Shown: piece by piece, positions 22,756 to 33,096 of the stretch | How the letters are laid out: each line of letters opens with the position of its first letter | How positions within the stretch are numbered: position 1 is the first letter of the stretch | Source: an uncultured delta proteobacterium | Lineage (GTDB): Bacteria > Myxococcota_A > Polyangia > Haliangiales > Haliangiaceae | Length of the DNA stretch: 64,000 nucleotides | Direction: 5' to 3' | NCBI GenBank assembly: GCA_963848295.1 | Contig: CAWKDB010000010.1 | Coordinates: 3,392,001 to 3,456,000, forward strand | Notes under the pieces: model-generated | The model's database searches: none | The model's input: the letters and a program-made list of their open reading frames with translations, nothing else | What the model was told of the DNA's origin: nothing | Program-made: the position numbers and the translations under genes

Positions 22756-23379
22756 TCACTCCGCGCAGCGCGGCTCGACTTGGACGAGCGTCGCTCCAGC
22801 GACTCGCCAGTGATCCGCGCAGCCGTTGCCAGCACTGCGCTCGATCTGACCGTTCGCGATGGTCGGCGCGGTCGTCGACCGATCGACGGTCGCGCTCGCG
22901 ATCGGATGGACGGCGCCATCGCGCACCGAATACGCGAGCAAGTGAGTCGTGGCGAACGAGCCCTGGTTGCCGCAGCCGACGTAACGCTGGTCGATCGTCA
23001 CGAGCGCGTCCGCGATGCCGTCGCCGTCGAGATCGCCACTCGCGGTGGACCGGAGGCTGAGCTCGAACGTGACGTGCTCGCCTTCGTAGGGTGTGCCGTC
23101 GCAGGCGTAGACGTGCGATTCCCAGTCGCCGTCCTCGAGCGTGAGCCCTCCGGGTCCGCTCGCTTGCAGCTCGTCGCCGTACGTGTGATTGCACCAATCG
23201 ACGCCGAGAGCGCGACACGGCCGCGGTGCAACCGCGGGTTCAGCCATCGGTGGCGCGGACCGATCTCGAGACGTCACCTCCATCGCCGGTGGCGACATCG
23301 GGGCCGCAGGGGCCGGTGCCACGGCGCGCGACGCGGCGCAACCCACCGCGACGATCGTCAGCAGCGCGAGGCGAATCAT
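22756..23379 (-). CDS. Hypothetical lipoprotein
   Basis: Lipobox AVGC; GDLDGDG motif; paired Cys residues. Confidence 0.65.
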   Translation of the reverse strand: MIRLALLTIVAVGCAASRAVAPAPAAPMSPPAMEVTSRDRSAPPMAEPAVAPRPCRALGVDWCNHTYGDELQASGPGGLTLEDGDWESHVYACDGTPYEGEHVTFELSLRSTASGDLDGDGIADALVTIDQRYVGCGNQGSFATTHLLAYSVRDGAVHPIASATVDRSTTAPTIANGQIERSAGNGCADHWRVAGATLVQVEPRCAE

Positions 23380-23381
23380 CG

Positions 23382-24530
23382 TTAGTGAGCGAGCTGGTAC
23401 AGCGTGAGGCTCTTGCCGCCGCGGTCGAAGCCATTCGAGCGCTCGAGCAGCCAGAACTTGTCGCCGATCACGCCGAGTCGAAACCGCGTGTTGGTCCCGA
23501 GGATGCGCGCCCTGCGCGTGGCCTTGCCGTCGGCGGTGACCGTGAAGACATCGAAGTACTCGGGGTCGGCCTTCTGGCGCGCGACCGCGTCGGGGTTGAC
23601 CGGATCGACCTTGAGCGCGATCCATGCGCTGCCGTCAGCAGCGACGATACCTTGGAGCGATTTCGGATCGTACTGCTGCATCGCTTGGTCGAGCTCGACC
23701 GGCTTGGGATGGCCGTTGTGCCAGAGCTGGGGCGCGCTGTTGTCCCAGGTCATGTGCACGAAGTCGACGACGCCGCCGGCGTCGGCCATCACCTGGTAGC
23801 GCTTGCGCTGCTCGAACAGATCGCTGATCGCGCGCTTGTCGATAAACCTGTCGGTCGCCAGGTCGTACGTCGCTTCGCCATCGGGCGTGCGCTGGTTCTC
23901 TTTCGGATCCCACGCGCCACCCTTCGTGCCGATCGCTCGCGAGAACCCGTCGGCCCAGTGGTTGACATGGAGCTCGAGCTTGGGGTCGTTGCCGGTCGCG
24001 TCTAGCTCGAGGTGCCCGCTCGCCAGTGCGCGCCCGGTGTCGAGCGCGAGGATCTGGACGTCGTGGCGCGTGCCGGTCTTCGTTGCAACGGCGCGGTGCA
24101 CGGCGAGCCGCTGCCTGCCGTCGCGCATGATCAGTGTCATCGTGGTCGCGGCCGGGATGGTGTACTCGACTTTGCCGCGCGCCGACAGCTCGACGAGGGT
24201 GGCGGTCTGCTGGCCGTCATCGCCCTGGCCGATGACGAGCGCGCGATCGCCGACGAGCGCGAGCGCGATCGGGTGCAACGTAACCGCCGAGATGTCGACG
24301 GCCTGGTCTTGCTTGGTCGCGATCGTCATCACGTGCAGCTCGCTCTTGGTCGAGTCGCCGAGCACGTACGCGAGGCGCTGGCCATCGCTCGCGACCGGGT
24401 CGTCGACGAAGCCGGTCTGAGCCGTGACCGTTATGACTGGCTCGGCGCCGATCAGCGCCGCTGGTTTGGGGGCGGCGGCGACCGCGCCGGCCGTGCAGAG
24501 AGACACCACGCAGGCGAGGCTTCGGACCAT
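23382..24530 (-). CDS. Secreted hypothetical protein (beta-rich, propeller-like)
   Basis: Signal peptide MVRSLACVVSLCTAGAVAA; good codon bias. Confidence 0.65.
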   Translation of the reverse strand: MVRSLACVVSLCTAGAVAAAPKPAALIGAEPVITVTAQTGFVDDPVASDGQRLAYVLGDSTKSELHVMTIATKQDQAVDISAVTLHPIALALVGDRALVIGQGDDGQQTATLVELSARGKVEYTIPAATTMTLIMRDGRQRLAVHRAVATKTGTRHDVQILALDTGRALASGHLELDATGNDPKLELHVNHWADGFSRAIGTKGGAWDPKENQRTPDGEATYDLATDRFIDKRAISDLFEQRKRYQVMADAGGVVDFVHMTWDNSAPQLWHNGHPKPVELDQAMQQYDPKSLQGIVAADGSAWIALKVDPVNPDAVARQKADPEYFDVFTVTADGKATRRARILGTNTRFRLGVIGDKFWLLERSNGFDRGGKSLTLYQLAH

Positions 24531-24593
24531 CCGGCCTGGGATGCCACACCGTGGTGGTCGCGCGCAAGTGCCGGTGTTTTTCGGGTTAGATTC

Positions 24594-25247
24594 ATGGCAA
24601 TGGGCAGTATCGCTTTCACCCGTAACTACACGGACCACAGCAGTGACACCGGATATCAATTCGAGTTCCACTGCGACAAGTGCGGTAACGGCTACCGCTC
24701 GTCGTTCCAGACGAGTGCGCTCGGCGTCGGCGGCAAGCTCGCGAAGGGGATCGGCAGTCTGTTCGGCGGAGGCAACCTGTTCGCAGCCGGGCAGGCGAGC
24801 GAGTACATGAAAGATGGCCTGCGCGGTCCGGCGTGGGATACCGCGTTCGAACACGCGGTCGGTGAGATCAAGCCGAAGTTTCACCAGTGCGGGCGTTGCG
24901 GCCGTTGGGTCTGCCCGGAAGTGTGCTGGAACGATGGGCGCCAGCAGTGCATGGAGTGCGCGCCCGATCTCGCCCAAGAGAATGCAGCGGCCCAGGCGAG
25001 GATCGCCGCGGACCAAGCCGCCGAGAAGATGCGCAACGTCGATCAAGTCTCCGGGTTCGACCCACTCGCCCAGCAGGTCTCGGCGTGTCCGAGCTGTCGC
25101 GCGCACATTCAAGCCGGCACGAAGTTCTGCGCGAGTTGCGGCAAGCCCGTCGCGGGGCCGGTCCAGAAGCAGTTCTGCACGGGATGCGGCGCCCAGCTCG
25201 CGCCCGGCGCGCGGTTCTGCGGCGGCTGCGGTCAGCAGCAAGGCTGA
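24594..25247 (+). CDS. Multi-zinc-ribbon protein (double zinc ribbon C-terminus)
   Basis: Eight CxxC-type pairs, including CDKCG, CGRCG, KFCASCG, CTGCG and RFCGGCG. Start may be ATG 24600. Confidence 0.85.
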   Translation: MAMGSIAFTRNYTDHSSDTGYQFEFHCDKCGNGYRSSFQTSALGVGGKLAKGIGSLFGGGNLFAAGQASEYMKDGLRGPAWDTAFEHAVGEIKPKFHQCGRCGRWVCPEVCWNDGRQQCMECAPDLAQENAAAQARIAADQAAEKMRNVDQVSGFDPLAQQVSACPSCRAHIQAGTKFCASCGKPVAGPVQKQFCTGCGAQLAPGARFCGGCGQQQG

Positions 25248-25276
25248 CTGCGGCGATCGAGCCCGTCATGGGCAGG

Positions 25277-25630
25277 CTACCCACGTGGGTCAAGCTTTGG
25301 CGGAAACCTCGCGAGCTCGCGCAGCACGCGCGCGTGCTCGCGTTGCCACGCAGCGATCTGCGCCTCCTCGGTATGCGCGCGCGGATGAGCGACCGCGTAG
25401 TAGCCGGTGCTCGGGCGATTCGCGCCGGAACGCCATACGATCGCCGGCAAGCACGGCAGCGCGTTGTGCCGGCACGCGTTGCTGACCTCGCCGAGCGCGG
25501 CGTGGAGGAGCGGGCTGCGCGGATGCAGATCCCCGACCTGGTGCGCGAGCTCGCCGTACGTGATCGACGGTCGGTTCGAGCGGGCGCGATAGATCAACCG
25601 GCGATAGATGTGGAGGGCTAGCGGGCTCAT
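25277..25630 (-). CDS. Small putative winged-helix DNA-binding protein coupled to comM
   Basis: ITYGELA...LGEVS..C....LPCLPAIV...PSTGYY; ATGA overlap with the comM stop. Confidence 0.6.
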   Translation of the reverse strand: MSPLALHIYRRLIYRARSNRPSITYGELAHQVGDLHPRSPLLHAALGEVSNACRHNALPCLPAIVWRSGANRPSTGYYAVAHPRAHTEEAQIAAWQREHARVLRELARFPPKLDPRG

Positions 25631-27186
25631 GCGACTTCCTTGTGGTCGGGTGGTGGTGCGAACGCGAGGTCATCACCCGGCTCGGTGCCGCGATAGGCTG
25701 CGGCTTCGCGCAGACAATCGGCATCGATCGCGTCGCGGTCGGTGAGATCGGCGATCGTGCGTGCGACTTTGAGCAGCCGATCGATCGATCGCGCGGTCAG
25801 CGTCGTACGGCGAGCGACGATCGCGGCGAGCACGCGTTCGCAAGCGTCGTCGAGCCGGCAGACGTCGCGCACCATCGCGGTGGTCAGCTCGGCGTTACAG
25901 CGGGCGCCGTGCTTGCCTAGCCGGACACGCTGGCGCTCGCGAGCCGCAACGACCCGGGCTCGCACCGCGGCGGACGACTCCGAGGGCTCCCCGCGGCGCA
26001 GCTCGGCGAGCGGGACCGGCTGGACATAGACCCGAAGGTCGATGCGATCGAGCAGCGGTCCGCTCATGCGCGCGCGGTAACGCTCGATGCTAAGAGAGCT
26101 GCAGGTGCACTCGCGCACGCCGCTGTCGTACCAACCGCAGGGGCATGGATTCGCGGCCGCGACGAGCAAGAACGAGGCGGGCAACTTCGCGGTCCCGTGG
26201 ACTCGGCCGATCGTGACCGAGCGCTCTTCGAGCGGCTGCCGCAGCGCCTCGATCGCCGCTCGCCCGAACTCGGGAAGCTCGTCGAGGAACAGCACCCCGT
26301 TGTGGGCCAGCGAGATCTCGCCCGGCCGCGGATGCGAGCCGCCGCCGAGAAGCGCGGCCGAGCTGATCGTGTGATGCGGCGCGCGGAACGGCCGATCTTC
26401 GAGCAAGCCGCACGGGGCGAGTCCGACCGCGCCATAGACTTTGGTGGTCTCCAGCGCTTCGTCTCGCGTCATCGGCGGCAACACCGTGGGGATCCGCCGC
26501 GCGAGCATAGTCTTGCCGGTGCCTGGCGGTCCGCACATTAACAAGTTGTGGCCGCCGGCCACCGCGACCTCGATCGCGGCCCGCGCGAACGCTTGGCCGC
26601 GCACGTCGGCGAGATCGTACGGGCGAATGATGCGGCGCCGCTTGCGCGGTGCTCGGGTCGCCAACGGCAGTGGCGCGCGACCGGCGAGCGCATCGATCAG
26701 CTGCGCCAAGTGCGAGATCGCATAGACTTCGAGATCCTCGACAAGCGCGGCTTCCGCTACCGAAGCCTCGGGGACGAGCACCCCGCGCATCCCGAGTTGT
26801 TTCGCGAGCATCGCCGCGGCGAGCGAACCGCGCACCGACTTGAGCGCACCGTTGAGACCGAGCTCGCCGAGCACGAGCACGTCTTCGAGCACGCGGCTGG
26901 GGTAGGTGCCCTCGGCGAGCAGGACCGCTGCGGCGATCGGGAGATCGAGCCCGCTGCCTGGCTTCGGGAGATCCGCGGGGGCCAAGTTGATCGTGACCTT
27001 CTTGAGCGGCAGATCTTGTCCGGCCGAGAGCAACGCCGCGCGGATGCGGACCGCGCCTTCTTTGACCGCCGGAGCGGCGAGCCCGACGACGTGATAGCCC
27101 GGCAAGCCGCGCGCGATCTCGCACTCGACCTCGACCGGCGCTGCATCGATCCCGACCAGCGTGCAGCTCTTGATGATCGCGACCAC
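25627..27186 (-). CDS. comM: YifB/ComM family Mg-chelatase-like AAA+ ATPase
   Basis: TINLAPAD, GELGLNG, GPPGTGKTM, RPFRAPHH, LAHNGVLFLDELPEF, NPCPCG, SGPLLDRID. Confidence 0.93.
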   Translation of the reverse strand: MVAIIKSCTLVGIDAAPVEVECEIARGLPGYHVVGLAAPAVKEGAVRIRAALLSAGQDLPLKKVTINLAPADLPKPGSGLDLPIAAAVLLAEGTYPSRVLEDVLVLGELGLNGALKSVRGSLAAAMLAKQLGMRGVLVPEASVAEAALVEDLEVYAISHLAQLIDALAGRAPLPLATRAPRKRRRIIRPYDLADVRGQAFARAAIEVAVAGGHNLLMCGPPGTGKTMLARRIPTVLPPMTRDEALETTKVYGAVGLAPCGLLEDRPFRAPHHTISSAALLGGGSHPRPGEISLAHNGVLFLDELPEFGRAAIEALRQPLEERSVTIGRVHGTAKLPASFLLVAAANPCPCGWYDSGVRECTCSSLSIERYRARMSGPLLDRIDLRVYVQPVPLAELRRGEPSESSAAVRARVVAARERQRVRLGKHGARCNAELTTAMVRDVCRLDDACERVLAAIVARRTTLTARSIDRLLKVARTIADLTDRDAIDADCLREAAAYRGTEPGDDLAFAPPPDHKEVA

Positions 27187-27198
27187 CCCACGGCATTC

Positions 27199-27214
27199 AG
27201 CACATCACGCGCCA
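27199..27214 (-). promoter_or_regulatory. Putative sigma-54 promoter of comM
   Basis: Minus strand TGGCGCG-tgat-GTGCT (GG-N10-GC), ending 12 nt before GTG 27186. Confidence 0.55.
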
Positions 27215-27401
27215 ACGGTAACCGCCCGGATCTACTTCCGGCGCTCGGTCGCGTGTCCGGCAGCCGGACGAATCCGGCCAACATCCGGCCAGTCGCGGAC
27301 ACGGTGCGACTTTCTCGGCCAATTCGTCGTTGCTCGGCGATTCTTCCGCCGACGCTATGATTGCGGCCCGGCAACCGAATGTTGCTCGCTATCCACTTGG
27401 C

Positions 27402-27612
27402 TCAAAGTTCGAGGGAGTAATGCGTGTAGGGCTCGCGCACCGTCATGCCCAGCTTTTCGTACAGCGTGAGGGCCCCGGTGCCCGAATCGGTCGACGTGCC
27501 GGTGGTGGCATAGCCGAGCTCGAACGAGCGCACGAAGGCCGCTCGGGCGAGTCAAAGCGCGCGCCACCGCGGTCGCAAAGGCCGTCGGCACACCCCGATG
27601 TTCACGCGAAGG
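27402..27612 (-). pseudogene. Frameshifted C-terminal remnant of a GNAT acetyltransferase
   Basis: REHRG..AVARAL in one frame, then RAAFVRSFELGYATTGTSTDSGTGALTLYEKLGMTVREPYTHYSLEL* in another (GNAT motifs A/B). No N-terminus. Confidence 0.6.
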
Positions 27613-27633
27613 TCGTCCGGCATCGCCGTGCCA

Positions 27634-27736
27634 CAAGTTGACAATAGCGACAGCGTCACCACGCAATGTCCTGCGATTACGGTCGACTGCGACGACGGCG
27701 TTTTCTCGCAAGTTGACAATAGAGACAGCGTCACCA
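27634..27736 (+). repeat. 28-bp direct repeat pair, 47-bp spacer
   Basis: CAAGTTGACAATAG(C/A)GACAGCGTCACCA at 27634-27661 and 27709-27736, one mismatch. Confidence 0.9.
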
Positions 27737-27814
27737 TTGTCAGGTTTCTTCATGTAGCGGCTGGCGGAGGCGAAACACGCGCTGGTCATCCTGGGTTCGT
27801 AGAAGGAGCCCACC

Positions 27815-28324
27815 ATGATTTGTCTCGCACTCGGACTCGGAGTCCTCGGTTTCTGCGCGATGCGTAAAGCTCACCGTTGCCACGCTATGGCGATGGGTTA
27901 CGGCCCGTACTACGGCGGCTGGCATGGCCACGGTGGCTGGCAGCGCCGCGGTTGGGGCGGCGGCAATCGCCGGCGGTGGATGCTCAACGCGATGTTGAGC
28001 CGGATCGACGCGACGCCGGCGCAAGAGCGCGCGATCGTCAACGAGCTCGACCAGCTCGAGCATCGCGTGCGCGGTGCGAAGTCTGGGTTGCGGGACGCTC
28101 GCGGTGACCTCGCCGCTGCGGTGCGCGGTCCTAGCCTCGACGACGCGGCACTCGGCGGTGCGCTCGGCCGGCTCGACGCGACGACCGCGGAGGTTCGCGG
28201 TGCGGCACTCGACGCGCTCCGCAATATCCACGCGGTGCTCGACGACCGCCAGCGCGAGCAGGTCGCCGACATCATCGACAGCGGCTGGTGGCGGCGCGGC
28301 GGCGGAGCTCCGTACCGCGTATGA
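27815..28324 (+). CDS. Spy/CpxP-like (periplasmic heavy-metal sensor family) protein
   Basis: SD AAGGAG; IDATPAQE and HAVLDDRQRE LTxxQ-like motifs; Gly/Trp/His-rich N-region. Confidence 0.75.
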   Translation: MICLALGLGVLGFCAMRKAHRCHAMAMGYGPYYGGWHGHGGWQRRGWGGGNRRRWMLNAMLSRIDATPAQERAIVNELDQLEHRVRGAKSGLRDARGDLAAAVRGPSLDDAALGGALGRLDATTAEVRGAALDALRNIHAVLDDRQREQVADIIDSGWWRRGGGAPYRV

Positions 28325-28591
28325 CTGCTGCGACGGCACTTCGCTCGCCCGAAACGAGCGAGCGAACCGCGTGGCGACTCGCTGGCGCTGACTCCGGACA
28401 GCAAGCCCCGGTCGTCGCAGCGCACAAGTCGCTGCGGCCATCGGCGCGTGACCGGACGCGCGCGTTGATCGACGGTCACGGCTTGCGCGGGACCGGCAGC
28501 ACCGCCGCATGGCGGTGCGGTTCGATCGCACGCTGCGCGGAGCTGCTACTCGAAATGGCTAGTCCGAGCGAGGCGAGGGCATAATCACTCG

Positions 28592-29278
28592 ATGCGGGTC
28601 CTGCTGATCGATGACGACGCGCGGCTCGCCGAGCTGCTGGTCGGCTATCTCGGCCCGCAAGGCGTGACGCTGGTCCACGCCGGGGGTGGTCAGGCCGGGC
28701 TCGGTCAGCTCGCGACCGGTGGGTTCGACGCGATCCTGCTGGACGTCATGATGCCCGGGATGGATGGCCTCGCGGTGCTGCGCAAGATCCGCGACGCTGG
28801 CCACCGCGTGCCGGTGCTGATGTTGACCGCGCGTGGTGACGAGGCGGATCGCGTGGTCGGTCTCGAGCTCGGTGCCGACGATTACGTCGCGAAGCCGTTC
28901 TCGCCGCGCGAGCTGCTCGCGAGGCTGCGCGCCGTGTTGCGCCGGGCCGCGCCTGATGCGGTGGCCGAGAAGCTGTCGGCCGCGGGCATCGCGGTCGACA
29001 TCGGTGCACGCGAAGCGTGGGTCGACGGCACGCCGGTCGAGCTCACCGCGCTGGAGATCGACTTGCTCGTCGCGCTGCTGCGTCGCGCCGGTCGGGTCGT
29101 GCCGCGCGCGGCGTTGCTCGAGCTCGCGGGACGCGGCGACGTCACGGTCGGCGAACGCGCGGTCGACGTTCACATCTCGCGGCTGCGCAAGAAGCTCGGG
29201 GACGAGGCCGCGAGTCGGATCCGCACCGTGCGGGGCGTCGGCTACGTGCTCGCGCGCTCGACCGAGGATCCGGCGTGA
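28592..29278 (+). CDS. OmpR/CpxR-family response regulator
   Basis: LLIDDD, LLDVMMPGMDG, GADDYVAKPF, VDVHISRLRKKL, IRTVRGVGY. Confidence 0.95.
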   Translation: MRVLLIDDDARLAELLVGYLGPQGVTLVHAGGGQAGLGQLATGGFDAILLDVMMPGMDGLAVLRKIRDAGHRVPVLMLTARGDEADRVVGLELGADDYVAKPFSPRELLARLRAVLRRAAPDAVAEKLSAAGIAVDIGAREAWVDGTPVELTALEIDLLVALLRRAGRVVPRAALLELAGRGDVTVGERAVDVHISRLRKKLGDEAASRIRTVRGVGYVLARSTEDPA

Positions 29279-30708
29279 CCGAGGACTCGTACAGCAAGCT
29301 CCACGTGATGATGGGCAACATCGAGCGCCGCGGTGCGTGGACCGTGCCCGAGTATCTCGATCTCAGCGTGCATTTCGGGAACATCGAGCTCGACTTCCGC
29401 GAAGCGCTGTTGGGCCCCGGCACGACGACGATCCACGTGCATTGTCGGATGGGCAACGTCGAGCTGATCGTGCCCGAAGAGATGCAGGTCGAGCTCAACG
29501 TCACGCCTTTCGCGGGCAACGTCGTCGAGCATCGCGCGCGCCCCGCCGGTGGCGATCCGAGCCAGCCGCGGCTACGGATCATCGGCACGGTGAAGGCGGG
29601 CAACTGCGAGGTCTTCGCACTGCAGCCCGGCGAGTCGCGGCGCGACGCGCACGAGCGCCATCGTCACCATCGTCATGGTCACCACGGCGGCCATCTCGAG
29701 TGGCGGCGCCAACGGTTCGAGGCGATCAAGGCCGAGCGCGCGCTGTGGATGCGCGATGGTCGCCGGTCGTGGCTGCCGTGGTGGCTGATGTCGCGGATGC
29801 GGCGCCGGATGTTCGGCTGGTTCGCGATCGCGTTCTCCGCGGGAGTGTTCGTGGGGGTCTACGCGTGGGACAGCCCGCGCTGGTGGCACATCGTGCTCGC
29901 GTTCATCGGGCTGTCGATGTTCTCCGGCGCGATCGCGTACCGACTGACCCGGCCGATGCTGATGGCGATCAAGGCGGCGACCGACATCGGCGACGGCAAG
30001 CTCGATACGCGGCTCGACACCGATCGCCACGGCGGCGAGATGCGGATCCTCGCGATGGCGCTCAACGAGATGGCCGGCAAGATCAAGCAGCAGCTCGCCG
30101 ATCAGCGCCAGCTGCTCGCGGCGGTGTCGCACGAGCTGCGCACGCCGCTCGGTCATATGCGCGTGCTGATCGAGACGGCGCGCGACACCGGCGGCACGAA
30201 ACCGCTCGACGAGCTCGAGCGCGAAGTGTTGATGCTCGACGATCTGGTCGGCAAGCTGCTCGCGCAATCGCGGTTGGAATTCGGCAACCTCGATCGCCAA
30301 CCGGTCGATCTCGGGGAGCTCGTCGCCGACGTCGCGACCTCCGCCGGCATCGCAGCCGAGGCGATCGAGGCCGAGGGCGATGTCCACGCGCCGATCGACC
30401 CGACCCTGGTTCGCCGCGCGGTCTCCAACCTGATCGACAACGCGCGCGTCCACGGCGGCGGTGCGATCGCGGTCCGCATCGTTCGCCGCGCCGCACAAGT
30501 CGCGATCGAGGTCGACGATGCCGGCCCCGGGGTCGCGCAAGACCGCCGCGCCGACGCGTTTCGCGCGTTCGTGCCGTCGAGCGCTGGCGGGCTCGGGCTC
30601 GGCCTGTCGCTCGTCTCGCGCATCGCGGTCGCGCACGGCGGCGGTGCCTGGATCTCGGACCGTCCGGGCGGCGGTGCGCGCGTCGGCTTCACGATCGCGA
30701 CGGTTTAG
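29275..30708 (+). CDS. Sensor histidine kinase (2 TM-HAMP-HisKA-HATPase) with N-terminal LiaF/DUF2154-like domain
   Basis: GTGA overlap with the RR; SHELRTPL, NLIDNA, DDAGPG, GLGLGL; N-terminal beta-repeat GNIERRG.W..P / GNIELDFREA / GNVELIVP. Confidence 0.88.
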   Translation: MTEDSYSKLHVMMGNIERRGAWTVPEYLDLSVHFGNIELDFREALLGPGTTTIHVHCRMGNVELIVPEEMQVELNVTPFAGNVVEHRARPAGGDPSQPRLRIIGTVKAGNCEVFALQPGESRRDAHERHRHHRHGHHGGHLEWRRQRFEAIKAERALWMRDGRRSWLPWWLMSRMRRRMFGWFAIAFSAGVFVGVYAWDSPRWWHIVLAFIGLSMFSGAIAYRLTRPMLMAIKAATDIGDGKLDTRLDTDRHGGEMRILAMALNEMAGKIKQQLADQRQLLAAVSHELRTPLGHMRVLIETARDTGGTKPLDELEREVLMLDDLVGKLLAQSRLEFGNLDRQPVDLGELVADVATSAGIAAEAIEAEGDVHAPIDPTLVRRAVSNLIDNARVHGGGAIAVRIVRRAAQVAIEVDDAGPGVAQDRRADAFRAFVPSSAGGLGLGLSLVSRIAVAHGGGAWISDRPGGGARVGFTIATV

Positions 30709-30747
30709 TCGTACTAAAACCGCGCCTGACCCAGGTCGGTGCGCGAT

Positions 30748-31142
30748 CTACGGTTTCGCTGCCGAGTATCCGCATGCGTGCTCGTCGATGACGCAGCTGT
30801 ATGCGGCTTTCACGGCCGGATCAGAGCTCAATGCCGAGCTGGCCCGCGCCCTCGCCCGTGCCTTGGACAGGATCAGGTTGATGTCGACATCGTTCGGCGT
30901 GCACAGGCCGAGCTGGACGAGGCTCTTCGCCGACGACAGGCAGCCGATCGTCTTCTGATCCCACTCGCGCTTCGTACATTCGTGCCCGAGCACGTCGTGG
31001 CGGGCGTCGCCGAGCACGCGGCTCGCGGGGGTCACCGGGTGCGCCGGGACCGCATGTTCGATGTCGATCACCGCGGTCGCGCAGTCGATCGTGCTGGTCT
31101 TGCGACAGCCCAGCAGCAACGCCAACGCGATCGCGAACCGGC

Positions 31143-31146
<4 letters not shown>
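30748..31146 (-). CDS. Small Cys-rich lipoprotein
   Basis: Lipobox LLGC; several Cys; coupled to the upstream gene. Confidence 0.6.
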
Positions 31147-32366
<1,220 letters not shown>

Positions 32367-32436
32367 TTTAAGTCTATCTTCAGCCGTTCGGGGTGGTTCG
32401 CCTCACGCGGTGGGGCACGATGTCCGGCATTTTCGG

Positions 32437-33096
32437 TCAGTCGGCGTCGCGTTCGCCCCGCAGCCACGCGAGCGCGAGCGCGAAACCGATCGCGAACCCG
32501 ATCCATCGCCCCGAATCGAGCTGAGCTTGCCACGACGGCGGCGCCGCGTAGCCGAGCACGCCGGTCGCGAGCGTGCCGACAACGAGAAAGCCCGAGAGCA
32601 ACCAGCCGCGCAGGTTGGTGCGGGGGATCGCGAGGCCGAGCAGCGCCAGGCCGATGTACGAGCAGGAGAACTTCGTCGCGCTCTCGGCGACCTGAAAGCC
32701 GATCTCGCCGGCGCTCGGTAACACCCCGTATTGCGCGGCGTCGAGCATCGCGAGGATGTGATGGTCCTCGACGAGATCGAGCCCGGCGGTCACGACGATC
32801 AGGATCAATCCGAGCATCGCGAACGGCCGGCTACGAGCCGACAGATAGCGCGCGAGCGCCGCAAAGAATGCGGTGTAGAGCGCGATGAACGCGACGTCGA
32901 GCGCGAATACGAGCCGCAACGCGCCGGCATGCTCGAGGAGGCCGGCCGCGTAATCCGGCGGAAGATGATAGTGCTCGTGCGCCTCTTGCGTCGCCCCGGT
33001 CGCGAGCGAGACGCCGACCATCACGGCGAGCACCGCGAGGGTCGCGCCGCCGAGATGGAGCGCGACCTTGCGATCGGACGCCGGCGCCGCGGTCAT
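32437..33096 (-). CDS. Multi-pass membrane protein (DUF4386-like)
   Basis: About 6 TM segments, LDLVEDHH motif; ATGA-coupled to the upstream fusion gene. Confidence 0.65.
   Translation of the reverse strand: MTAAPASDRKVALHLGGATLAVLAVMVGVSLATGATQEAHEHYHLPPDYAAGLLEHAGALRLVFALDVAFIALYTAFFAALARYLSARSRPFAMLGLILIVVTAGLDLVEDHHILAMLDAAQYGVLPSAGEIGFQVAESATKFSCSYIGLALLGLAIPRTNLRGWLLSGFLVVGTLATGVLGYAAPPSWQAQLDSGRWIGFAIGFALALAWLRGERDAD

Noticed and set aside
27634..27736. Mini CRISPR array (28-bp repeat, 47-bp spacer)
   Set aside because: Only two repeats, no cas genes in the window and no typical CRISPR repeat ends. Kept as a direct repeat.
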